From an uncultured Bacilli bacterium (GTDB lineage Bacteria > Bacillota_I > Bacilli_A > RF39 > UBA660), in contig CAKOKU010000006.1 of NCBI GenBank assembly GCA_934095865.1, positions 175-64,174 on the forward strand: a stretch of 64,000 nt of DNA, given 5' to 3'. Shown here one piece after another: positions 20,913 through 30,266 of this stretch (positions are counted from its first letter, which is position 1; the number at the start of each line of letters is the position of its first letter). A program made the translations under genes and the position numbers. The notes beneath the pieces are model-generated. The model was not told the origin of the DNA and did no database searches. It saw only the letters and a program-made list of their open reading frames with translations.

Positions 20913-21632
20913 ATGAAAAAAAATTATCTTTTATTTGCAATATTTGCGGGCCTGTTATCTAGTACGGTAGTTCATGCGGAAACGTGCCCATTAGAAAAAC
21001 AAGTTGAAGTAAATAATGCTGCCGGTGCCGTAAGTGCTAGTGCTTCTCCCTTAGATTATGAATACGTATATGAAAACGAAGAAACTGGCGAAGAGGCCAT
21101 TGAAACCGCTTATATTGGTGATATTGGCGTATACAACTTAACTGAAGATATTTATGTAGTCGTAAGTGATGGTAAAAACAAAACAACTTTAACTTATAAT
21201 GATTCAAATGATGGTGAAGCTCATGTATCAACTGGAGATATGTATTCAGTAAAAAATTATAAAGTTTCTGTTTATCCAGTAAATGAAAGATGTGGCAAAT
21301 CAGCCATTAAAGAATTAAATGTTACAGTTCCAAGACAAAATAGATTTTATACTAAACAGGGCTGTCAGGAAAACCCAGATTACTTCTATTGTTCACAATT
21401 TATAACGTTAGATGATATATCAAATGAAGAATTTACATTAGGATTAAATGCATATATATCTCAAAATACTAAAAAAGATGAAGATAATAGAAAGCAGGGA
21501 ATAATAGCTGAGACTGCTAATTTTATAAAAAAACATTGGCTTGTAATAACAGTCATCATTTTAATAATAGGTGGCGGTGTAGGAAGTTATATATATATTA
21601 AAAATAAAAAGAGAAAGGAGAGTATAGTTTAA
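20913..21632 (+). CDS. Cys-containing type I membrane protein (signal peptide plus C-terminal TM anchor), function unknown
   Basis: Likely start ATG 20913. Signal peptide ends ...STVVHA|ETCP. C-terminal TM HWLVITVIILIIGGGVGSYIYI is followed by KNKKRK. Confidence 0.55.
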   Translation: MKKNYLLFAIFAGLLSSTVVHAETCPLEKQVEVNNAAGAVSASASPLDYEYVYENEETGEEAIETAYIGDIGVYNLTEDIYVVVSDGKNKTTLTYNDSNDGEAHVSTGDMYSVKNYKVSVYPVNERCGKSAIKELNVTVPRQNRFYTKQGCQENPDYFYCSQFITLDDISNEEFTLGLNAYISQNTKKDEDNRKQGIIAETANFIKKHWLVITVIILIIGGGVGSYIYIKNKKRKESIV

Positions 21633-21633
21633 T

Positions 21634-24600
21634 ATGAAGAATAAAAGTTATAAATATTTTCTTTTACTTTTTACAATCGTTTACATTTTGATTCCTAATC
21701 AAGTAAAGGCTGTAACTGAACGAAGTTGTACAGTATCAGTTGATGTAAGTAATTATGCCACTGACGAGAAAAATAGCAAATATTTTTACGGAAATATTTT
21801 AAAAAATTGTCCAGGTAGTAAAGATAGCAGTTCATATAGCAATCCAAAAGCTACGGTAACAAGTAATACTAGTGGTGTAAACATGAATTTTAGCTATGCT
21901 AGAACCAATGGCGTTTTTAAATTTAATAATTTAACATCTTTAAAAAACAATACTTCTATGACTGTTAAGCTAACATACAAAGACGCAAATGGTACTGACC
22001 AAGTTACAAATTTACGCTTTATGTTTGTTGTGAAAGCTAACACTACAACAACGAATGTGTGTTGTTATAATAAAGCAAGAGGTACATATTATACGTCTAC
22101 ATCTTGTTATGGAAAAGACCTAGAACCTCAAGCAGACCGAAGCAAATGTAATGCACAACAAGATGGCTCCTCTTCCGAAGAACAAGTATCAGCATGCTAC
22201 CGTGTATCAAAGGATAATAAAACATGGCTATATAAATACGATAAAGAAAATAATTTGTTAAAAAATTATGTTTATGTAAACAAAATGGAAAAAGATAAGG
22301 ACGGTAATCCATATACTCAAAAAACTTGCGCATCAGAAAATAATACTTTAAAAGATACAACGGATCAAAATAGTTCATCTAGCTCAAATACTTCAGGGGC
22401 AGGAACTTCATCTAGCACAGGAGGCAATACATCAATAAGTGATACTTCATCAGCTAGTACTGGTGAAAACGTTTGCAAAAATTACAGAATAGAAAGAGTT
22501 CGTTCATATAACTGTACAGGAGATAAGGCATGTAAGAAATTAAAAGCCGCAAATTTAAATTACAAAAATGAAGGATATTTTTACAGTGCAGTTAGCAATA
22601 TGGACAACTATTACTATGTTTATAAAACATATTACGATTGTGAAGGTATTGACAAGACAGAAGCCATGACTTCATTTTGTATAGATCCAGGTCTAGAGGG
22701 ACCAAGAATCAGCGCTGAAAATGGTAACAAATATGAGGGAACGTCAATTGGTGTTACCACAGATTTTGGTAAAGGTTTATACAGATTGTATACATACTGG
22801 TATCTTGAAAAAGGTAATGAAATTAGAAGTATGTATCAAGGTGCTAGTCCAACGGGTAGCGAGGATTTCTTAGATTACGTAATGGATAATGTTGCTAGAA
22901 AATTAAGATTGGTATATGACAGAGAAACTTCTGATTACATTGCTAGTTTGCAAAAAGAATGGAAAGCATACGCAGACCATGATTTAGGTACAGGAACTAG
23001 TTTAGCTAGTAATAAATTAAAAGAAATTTGGCAAGACGTTAGTAATTTTGTTAAAAATGGTAGCGTTACCACAACATCTGATGTTGATAAATGGATAATG
23101 CCAGTAAAAAAATACGAGAAATTAGTTGGCGACTTTAAAGACGGCACAACTGGTTATTATTGCAATGTTCAAGCAGGAGACGGCACTTACAGTGAGTCAG
23201 CATGGAATGAGAACAAAAATAATAATAAAAATACTCATAGCGGCATTGATTTTACAATTAATTCAGAAGATATTGGTAAAGTACCAGTTTATGCTGCTCA
23301 AAGTGGCGTTATTAAATTTAGATGGGATAATAATAAAACTGCTGGCAATGCTATTGGTATTGTTGTAACGCTTTCTGATGGTACTGAATTATTAACTAGG
23401 TATTTGCATTTGGCATCATTCGCTTCTGGCATAAAAACCGGTGCAACAGTCCAAAAAGGGCAAATAATTGGTTATGTAGGAAATACTGGTAAATCTAGTG
23501 GTCCACACTTACATTTTGACATTTCTATTAATAATAGTAACAACGGTTCAAAAGCTCCTCATATTAGTCCAAGAAAATATTTGCCAATGGACAATATCGG
23601 TATTTGTTCTCAAGAACAATTTGAACAAAGTGAACCAACTGTATCAGAATCCACCGAAAATTCAACATTAACAAGCGTAAAATTTGATATTGATGAAACG
23701 GTAAGCAGTCAGAAAAAGAATGGCAATAAAGGCTTTGAGACAGAATTTAAGGTAACAATTAGTTCTGAAAATATTAATGTAATAAATGAAATTATAAATT
23801 CTAAAAAATATAAAATTTTAGTAAAAACAAGTGAAGGTGAAGAAATAAATAGTGAAAATTTACAAGTAACAACAGTAAATGACTGGAGCATTGATCCAGT
23901 TAACGTTGTTGCAACAGCAACGTATAAGGTTAGTTGTGATAATATTTACAATTATGTGTCTGGCGATTCCTTGGAATATATTAGAGTTGGTATGCAAATA
24001 AGTTATACAGAGCCAAAATCCGCAGACAATGTTGTTATATTAAGTTCAACAGAAACAAATAATGATAGGAAAACAACTAAAGGAAGTCCAAAAAATTTAC
24101 AGGATTTTGTAGTTTTTCTAAATGGTACTTTAAATAAATATGCTGGTATAACCATAACGTTTGATAAAGATAAAGAAAACGTATGTAAGCCAACGTTTGC
24201 ACTTCCATGTACTGGACCAGAGACGGTAGTTTACTTAATAGAAGGAACTCAATCAGGTGCTTTATTTAATACGGTTATGAATGGTATTAAATCGGTTGAT
24301 GATCTAAGAAATGTTATTTCCAGTGCTAATGAAATGGTTCAAAATCTTATCAATGGTAATTTTACTAATCTTCTAGATAAAGATAATTTACAAGTAATTA
24401 GTGGGTTACTATATAACTTTGTCGACAAAGCTTCTATTGTAAGAAATATAAAAAATGAGCTTAGCTTCTTAAATACTTTAGGAAATAATGGCAATAAAAC
24501 AGCAGCAGCCTTATATAAGGAAATAAATGCCTCATCATTTAGTACTAACTCCGCTGAAAATTTTAAAACCTTATCAAGAATAATCTCTAGAACATTAGTC

Positions 24601-27600
24601 AATGTTGCTCTAAATGGTTATGATAAAGTATCTAGTGAGTGGCAAGAAATAGTAGAGGCGGCTCAAGCCAATGCAGAAAGTAAATTAACGTCTAATTCGC
24701 TAGTGGAACTTTTAGAGAATATTGGAAATGCGATCACCAGTTCAAAAGAAAATTTGAAAAATGTCTTTAGTGCCGTTGAAAATCTAACTGATTATTTAAG
24801 CAAATTTACAAACATTACGGACATAGAAAGTGCAGTTACTTCATTCAGTGCAACAATTAAAAGCGTTATTACTGATGGCCTAAGCAAGTTATCAGGAATA
24901 AAAGATGGATTAACAAGTATGTTGAATCAATTGGGCAGTGGTGTAACTAGCTTATCACAAGTTAGCAATATATTTGATTCTATAACTAATGCCCTAATCG
25001 TAGATTGGGATAAATGTATAATAGGAGAAAATGGTGTGGAAGCTACTGACCCAGGTGGAAATTCATATACAATTCAGGAAAGTAATGATGATGGAAGTAA
25101 TATATTCTGTACAATAGTTTGTAAAGAAGATTATGCTGTAAAGTCTCCAGGTAGTTTAGGCACAGTATATGCGGGTAGATATATTTCTACTAATCTAGAT
25201 AATGTTTATCATGCAACTTTAGGTATGGCTGGTCAAAGAACTTGTGCTACGACTGAAATAAAAAATGATAAATATGTGGAAACCGCTACGGCAAAAAAAG
25301 ATGAAATGTTAGCAACTTATAATGAATTCTATGAATCATATGCCAAATATAAAGCCTTAAAAACATATGAGAAAACAGCTAATCAAAAAGAAAGTGGAAC
25401 ATCACATCCTGCTTATACAACTTTTGATAAATTAAATACAGATAAAATATTTGATAAATTACAGTTGGAACTAGAGAGCGTCATAAAAAATTCATTTAAT
25501 ACATTTTTTGTAAGTATTTTTGGTAATGAAGCCGCTGAAGAAGTGATGACAAATTTTGCCCAAGATGCCCTAGAAATGGCAGCTAAAATGGGTGCTTTAG
25601 CTCTTAGTGGCGATTTAAATGCTGATAATGTAAAATCTTTAGCAACAAGCTATGTAAAACAAAAGGTAGATCAAACGATTCAAAATTTAGAAGGCGCTGT
25701 CCAAAATTTACTATCAAGTTTGACAAATAATTGTATCAGTGCTGCTGAAGACGTGTTGAAAACAGCTGGTGTAAACCTATTATCTGGTGGTGGACAATTA
25801 ATTATAGAAGCAGCGTGTAATTATGGACCCGGTTTATTAGATACTTTATTTGGTATAGGTGAAGTATTACGAGCAGCCTGTGCGGCATATTCAGGTTTCT
25901 CTATGGCATTAAGTACAGGAATTACAAGTGTTAATGCTTCAACTGGTTATAAGATCTTCCAAATTGAAGATGGAATACCATATACTTATAGTTATTATCC
26001 ATATGTCTATGAAAATAGTGAAACACTTCAAAAGAAGCTAGCAGCAAATTTTGTTGAAGCAGAAAATGTTGCGAAAAATTTAATTACAAAAAATGCTTCA
26101 TCAAGTGGAAATAGAGCGCAACTTTGGGTTATGAAATACGAAGGTACATTTAAAATGGGATCGCTAAATTATGGTAGTATCATTTTTAGGACTGCTAAAC
26201 AAATATATTATTTAACTCAAGATATTCAAAGATTCGGTAACTTAGACATATTAGATTCAGGTGCCTTAGAAAATCAGCTTAACAGTTTTATAAATAGCAT
26301 TCAAGGATTAAGTGGTGGTTTTAAATTAAGCTGGTTGAAGAAAAATTACGATTCTTTATCAACTGATGGCTTTGACGGACTATCTGGCATGATAAGTAAC
26401 GTAATGAGTATATTTTCTGATATTAGCGGTGCAACAGACAATGTTTTAACTGGTATAACAGACTTAGTAGATTCAGCACTTTTAGTTTATTACGATTTTT
26501 TAGGTATATTTAACCCATTCTATTCTTCATTAGCTGAAATAAGAAGAGAGATGGAAGGATATAAAGAAGAATACAATGCTCTTCAAGAAGATTTGACTGA
26601 TTTAGCTGATCGTATGAATGCTTGTACAGAATGGACAAATACTTATCAATTTAATCCACAAATTGAGTTTACATATGGATATTCAAATAATAATTTGTTA
26701 GACTATATTACTAACAAAAAGAGCATAACAACAGATAAAATTACCCTTAAAGCAATCAATAAAAATGAAGAACCAGAACAAATTACATATTACTGCCAAC
26801 AAGGCGTTGATATTAAAGATGTTCAAAACTGGGATGTAATAACATCCGGTAAATGTACTACTGATGATGGAATTTTTGGTTCAGTATTATCTTCATTACT
26901 TGGTGATGATAATGCAATGAGTTCTATATTAAATGTCTTCAGAGAAAATTCAGCTGGTTTAAAGAAAATCCTTAACAGTTCAAAAGTAAAAGAATATATT
27001 TCAAGTACTGGTTATGCTGATAAGATAAGTAATTTCTTATGTAGTGGTTTAGGCGAAGCTTTCTGTGGCATCTTTGGCGATGAAAATGAAGATGGCAGTT
27101 TAGTAACTTTAGTACCAGGTTCTATTGTTTATAAATTAAAAACATCGACTAATTCATCATCAAGCAATGGTATTCAAAGTTGGACTGGACTATTAAGCGC
27201 TATTGGTGGCGGTGGTTCATTAGATTCAATTCTATCCGGAATCACTAGAAACTTGACTTACAGCACAGGTATTCCAAATGATGTAAAATATCATGATGTT
27301 GGTCGCGTCGTTAGTATTTCTAGATACGGTAATCCAGGTGTCTCAGTATCCGGTTTAAGTTGGACTAGTATTCTATCTAACATAGCTTCTTATGTTACTG
27401 ATAAAACTGGTATTAATGCTCTTGACAAAATAAATGATACATTAATGTCTGTTACTGGCCAAGGAGCTCAACAATTCATTTATTATAAATCAAGTAAACC
27501 ATATTGGACTTATTCAAATAAAGGTATTTATATAATCAATCCAGATGTAGTTGATCCAGTTGATGCTCCAGTTTTAGTAGATAATGGTGATCCTGCTTTA

Positions 27601-28593
27601 ACAGATGATTCAATTAAATCAGGTACCGATGCTGAAAAGCAACCAGAAGGTTTAGTTTATCCAATTGCTTTATCAACTGCTGAAGGTAAATATCATTATC
27701 AAATTAAAATCAATAATGTTGGTCAATATTATGATAATGTTAATAATTTAGGTCGTATTATAGATGATACTGGTTATGTAAGCGGATTATACGCTAACAA
27801 ATATGTTTGTGATTATGAAGTTAAAAAAGAACCTGAACATGAAGAAACCTGTGAAACAATTATTGCTTCTAGCGATTGTACTTCTCAAGAAGAACCAAAA
27901 ACTCTATACTTTAAACAGTACAAAGCAAATTACAATGATAAAACTTTAGAAAATCAAGTAAATACGTGTGTAACCAAGTTGCTTTCTGAAGGAGACACTT
28001 GTTGTAGTTATGTAGAAAACTATGAAGATAGTTTACCAGACAGTAGTAAAGAATTGTATAGAAAAATGTGTAAGTGTAATGGAACTAAAGTAATTGGCAC
28101 TATTAATGACACGACTGATGGTTCAAGTTCATCTAGTTCATCTGCTTTAATAACTAAGACCGGCACATTACAGTTCTACACAAAAGTTGTATCAAATTAT
28201 GACTTATTCCCTAATGCAAATAGTTCAAAAGGTTATAACTGGAGTGGTCAGACATCTGGTTATGAGAATGCCACTGATACAAACAAAACACCATCAAAAG
28301 AAAACTTATCAGATATAATTGATGAAATAGAAAAAATTGGTGATGGTATTTATGATGAAGATAATGCAGATAAATATTTAGAGTATTCTATAACTTTAAA
28401 TGGTGCATGTATGTCAAAAATCAAAGAATACAATGATCAAAAAGAAGTTTTAGGTTTAGGCTTTGGCGATTATACAGCTGGTTCAATAAGTCAAGAAACA
28501 AGAGATTATACATCAAAATTCTTACAAGAAATAGAAGAAAATAATGAGTACTCATCTTGTAAAATATCAAATTACTTAAATAGAAACAAATAG
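21634..28593 (+). CDS. Giant (2319 aa) secreted Cys-rich protein with M23 (LytM-type) peptidoglycan endopeptidase domain
   Basis: Uninterrupted 6.96-kb ORF starting 1 nt after the upstream stop. Signal peptide ends ...IPNQVKA|VTE. Contains Ser-rich linkers, M23 motifs HSGIDF and GNTGKSSGPHLHFDI, and a long central region of short amphipathic L/I/N/S-rich helices. Both termini are Cys-rich. Confidence 0.85.
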   Translation: MKNKSYKYFLLLFTIVYILIPNQVKAVTERSCTVSVDVSNYATDEKNSKYFYGNILKNCPGSKDSSSYSNPKATVTSNTSGVNMNFSYARTNGVFKFNNLTSLKNNTSMTVKLTYKDANGTDQVTNLRFMFVVKANTTTTNVCCYNKARGTYYTSTSCYGKDLEPQADRSKCNAQQDGSSSEEQVSACYRVSKDNKTWLYKYDKENNLLKNYVYVNKMEKDKDGNPYTQKTCASENNTLKDTTDQNSSSSSNTSGAGTSSSTGGNTSISDTSSASTGENVCKNYRIERVRSYNCTGDKACKKLKAANLNYKNEGYFYSAVSNMDNYYYVYKTYYDCEGIDKTEAMTSFCIDPGLEGPRISAENGNKYEGTSIGVTTDFGKGLYRLYTYWYLEKGNEIRSMYQGASPTGSEDFLDYVMDNVARKLRLVYDRETSDYIASLQKEWKAYADHDLGTGTSLASNKLKEIWQDVSNFVKNGSVTTTSDVDKWIMPVKKYEKLVGDFKDGTTGYYCNVQAGDGTYSESAWNENKNNNKNTHSGIDFTINSEDIGKVPVYAAQSGVIKFRWDNNKTAGNAIGIVVTLSDGTELLTRYLHLASFASGIKTGATVQKGQIIGYVGNTGKSSGPHLHFDISINNSNNGSKAPHISPRKYLPMDNIGICSQEQFEQSEPTVSESTENSTLTSVKFDIDETVSSQKKNGNKGFETEFKVTISSENINVINEIINSKKYKILVKTSEGEEINSENLQVTTVNDWSIDPVNVVATATYKVSCDNIYNYVSGDSLEYIRVGMQISYTEPKSADNVVILSSTETNNDRKTTKGSPKNLQDFVVFLNGTLNKYAGITITFDKDKENVCKPTFALPCTGPETVVYLIEGTQSGALFNTVMNGIKSVDDLRNVISSANEMVQNLINGNFTNLLDKDNLQVISGLLYNFVDKASIVRNIKNELSFLNTLGNNGNKTAAALYKEINASSFSTNSAENFKTLSRIISRTLVNVALNGYDKVSSEWQEIVEAAQANAESKLTSNSLVELLENIGNAITSSKENLKNVFSAVENLTDYLSKFTNITDIESAVTSFSATIKSVITDGLSKLSGIKDGLTSMLNQLGSGVTSLSQVSNIFDSITNALIVDWDKCIIGENGVEATDPGGNSYTIQESNDDGSNIFCTIVCKEDYAVKSPGSLGTVYAGRYISTNLDNVYHATLGMAGQRTCATTEIKNDKYVETATAKKDEMLATYNEFYESYAKYKALKTYEKTANQKESGTSHPAYTTFDKLNTDKIFDKLQLELESVIKNSFNTFFVSIFGNEAAEEVMTNFAQDALEMAAKMGALALSGDLNADNVKSLATSYVKQKVDQTIQNLEGAVQNLLSSLTNNCISAAEDVLKTAGVNLLSGGGQLIIEAACNYGPGLLDTLFGIGEVLRAACAAYSGFSMALSTGITSVNASTGYKIFQIEDGIPYTYSYYPYVYENSETLQKKLAANFVEAENVAKNLITKNASSSGNRAQLWVMKYEGTFKMGSLNYGSIIFRTAKQIYYLTQDIQRFGNLDILDSGALENQLNSFINSIQGLSGGFKLSWLKKNYDSLSTDGFDGLSGMISNVMSIFSDISGATDNVLTGITDLVDSALLVYYDFLGIFNPFYSSLAEIRREMEGYKEEYNALQEDLTDLADRMNACTEWTNTYQFNPQIEFTYGYSNNNLLDYITNKKSITTDKITLKAINKNEEPEQITYYCQQGVDIKDVQNWDVITSGKCTTDDGIFGSVLSSLLGDDNAMSSILNVFRENSAGLKKILNSSKVKEYISSTGYADKISNFLCSGLGEAFCGIFGDENEDGSLVTLVPGSIVYKLKTSTNSSSSNGIQSWTGLLSAIGGGGSLDSILSGITRNLTYSTGIPNDVKYHDVGRVVSISRYGNPGVSVSGLSWTSILSNIASYVTDKTGINALDKINDTLMSVTGQGAQQFIYYKSSKPYWTYSNKGIYIINPDVVDPVDAPVLVDNGDPALTDDSIKSGTDAEKQPEGLVYPIALSTAEGKYHYQIKINNVGQYYDNVNNLGRIIDDTGYVSGLYANKYVCDYEVKKEPEHEETCETIIASSDCTSQEEPKTLYFKQYKANYNDKTLENQVNTCVTKLLSEGDTCCSYVENYEDSLPDSSKELYRKMCKCNGTKVIGTINDTTDGSSSSSSSALITKTGTLQFYTKVVSNYDLFPNANSSKGYNWSGQTSGYENATDTNKTPSKENLSDIIDEIEKIGDGIYDEDNADKYLEYSITLNGACMSKIKEYNDQKEVLGLGFGDYTAGSISQETRDYTSKFLQEIEENNEYSSCKISNYLNRNK
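23236..23514 (+). other. M23 catalytic core within the giant protein
   Basis: HxxxD (H-S-G-I-D, codons from 23236) and HxH (H-L-H, 23506-23514) zinc ligands are both intact, with the conserved GxxGxSxGPHLH context. Confidence 0.8.
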
Positions 28594-28607
28594 GTAGGTG
28601 AAGAATA

Positions 28608-29408
28608 GTGAAAGAATCTTATTGGGGTTACTGGTTAGTAATGCTTGGTATTTTGGTAATAGGCGTTATGCTTCTTATCAACAGTACTACTAACGGTACA
28701 ACCCATGATTATTATGAATTAAAAGAAACAACATCGGCTGCCGTTATAGATGCAGTAGACTACTCTTACTACCGTCTATATGGTGATTTGAAAATATCAA
28801 AAGAAAAATTTATAGAGAACTTCATCCGTAGATTTTCTGAGTCAGCAACTATGACTAAAGAATATAACGTATCATTTTATGATATTCATGAAGTTCCTCC
28901 TAAAGTAAGTGTTAAAATATCTACTGTTAGTAACGCTGTAAACGTTGCTAACAGTAGTAACTCTTTCGATTTAGTTAATAAAATAGATATTATATTAGTT
29001 GGAGGCTCAAAAGATAATAATAAAACACCAGGTAAAACTGAGCCAACAACTCCAGAAACATGCTATATCTTAAATACGACACAAACATTTATGAAGATTA
29101 TTAAGGAAATCTTAGTTGATGGTACTAGTACTTATGGTGTAGATACCGCATTAGTTCAAAGAATAAGACATGCTGGCTTTACTAATTTAAATTCATGGTC
29201 AAAAACTGATTGTAATATATCAAGTGATGATTGTGTAAGTAAATTTAATTCAGCATTAAACTTAGATTTCAGTGGTGCTTTACAACTTGCTGATACTAGA
29301 GAGCTTTTAATAACCAACGACCCAACTTATGTCAAGGATTCAAATGATGAAACTAGTGGCATCTTAGGTTATGCGTTAAATAAAGGCTATATAACCCTAA
29401 CTAAATAA
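28608..29408 (+). CDS. Single-pass membrane protein of the Tad-like cluster, function unknown
   Basis: GTG start after AGGTGA. The N-terminal hydrophobic helix WGYWLVMLGILVIGVMLLI is followed by a domain of about 230 aa. No prepilin cleavage motif. Confidence 0.55.
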   Translation: MKESYWGYWLVMLGILVIGVMLLINSTTNGTTHDYYELKETTSAAVIDAVDYSYYRLYGDLKISKEKFIENFIRRFSESATMTKEYNVSFYDIHEVPPKVSVKISTVSNAVNVANSSNSFDLVNKIDIILVGGSKDNNKTPGKTEPTTPETCYILNTTQTFMKIIKEILVDGTSTYGVDTALVQRIRHAGFTNLNSWSKTDCNISSDDCVSKFNSALNLDFSGALQLADTRELLITNDPTYVKDSNDETSGILGYALNKGYITLTK

Positions 29409-29427
29409 GAGTAGAAAGAGGATAAAA

Positions 29428-30249
29428 ATGGATAAAATTAAAGAAGAACTAAAAAAAGTTCTCGCTAATAAAAATACACTTACTATTATTATTGTAATTA
29501 TTGGTATTATTGGTTTATATGCAATTTATAACTGGCGTGTAAATCAAGCCGTAACAACAATAAGGGTACCATACGCAAAAAAAGAATTAACTAGTCGTAC
29601 TCAAATAACTAGTGATGCCATTGGTACCACAGAGCTACCAAAAAGAATAGCTCGCAATTTAGGAATTTTAACATCTACAAGTAACATAACTAATAATTAT
29701 GTAAAATATGGTGAAACAATTCCTGCTAATAGCTTCTTTTATAAAGATTATATTGTTTCCTTTGAAGAAGCTACTACTAATGAATTTAGTGATATCCCAG
29801 ATGGTTATACAGCATACAACCTAGCAGTTGATATAAACTCAACATACGGTAACTCAATATACACTGGCAATTACGTAGACCTTTATGTAAAAGCAACCAG
29901 TGCTAGTAGTAAAGTAATCTTTGGTCGCTTAATAAAAAGTATCAAAGTATTAGCCGTATTAGACTCATCAGGCAATGATGTCTTTGAATCATCAACTGAA
30001 GCTAGAACCCCAACTCAAATGTGGTTCGCTGTACCAGATGAACTATATACATTATTAAAGAAAACCGAATATATTGGTGGCATCAGCGTTATGCCAATTC
30101 CAAGAAATGCAAGTTATACAGCAACACCTAGTGATACAACTATTGACTCACAATATATTCAAAACTTTATCTTATCTAAATCAATAACAGTTAGTCAAAA
30201 TTTCAATAGTAATACCAATACGGGTACTGAAACAGAAAATCAAGAATAG
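29428..30249 (+). CDS. cpaB: CpaB/RcpC-like pilus assembly protein, paralogue 1
   Basis: TM helix, then a SAF-like segment IRVPYAKKELTSRTQITSDAI. DGYTAYNLAVDINSTYGNSIYTGNYVDLYV matches the recalled CpaB core (g.rAvsv.vd...G.i.PGD.VDv). Confidence 0.6.
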   Translation: MDKIKEELKKVLANKNTLTIIIVIIGIIGLYAIYNWRVNQAVTTIRVPYAKKELTSRTQITSDAIGTTELPKRIARNLGILTSTSNITNNYVKYGETIPANSFFYKDYIVSFEEATTNEFSDIPDGYTAYNLAVDINSTYGNSIYTGNYVDLYVKATSASSKVIFGRLIKSIKVLAVLDSSGNDVFESSTEARTPTQMWFAVPDELYTLLKKTEYIGGISVMPIPRNASYTATPSDTTIDSQYIQNFILSKSITVSQNFNSNTNTGTETENQE

Positions 30250-30266
30250 AAAGTGAGTTATAAAAG

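Noticed and set aside
22675-22692. FCIDPG motif as the Cys of a Gram-positive thioester (TED) adhesin domain
   Set aside because: I could not find the partner TQxA-type Gln motif within the following ~150 residues. The similarity rests on a 5-residue string.
21634-28593. Giant protein as a prophage tape-measure protein with an M23 domain
   Set aside because: It has a Sec signal peptide and Cys-rich termini. There are no capsid, terminase, portal, tail or integrase genes anywhere nearby. The helical region does look superficially like a tape measure, so this remains worth testing by HHpred.
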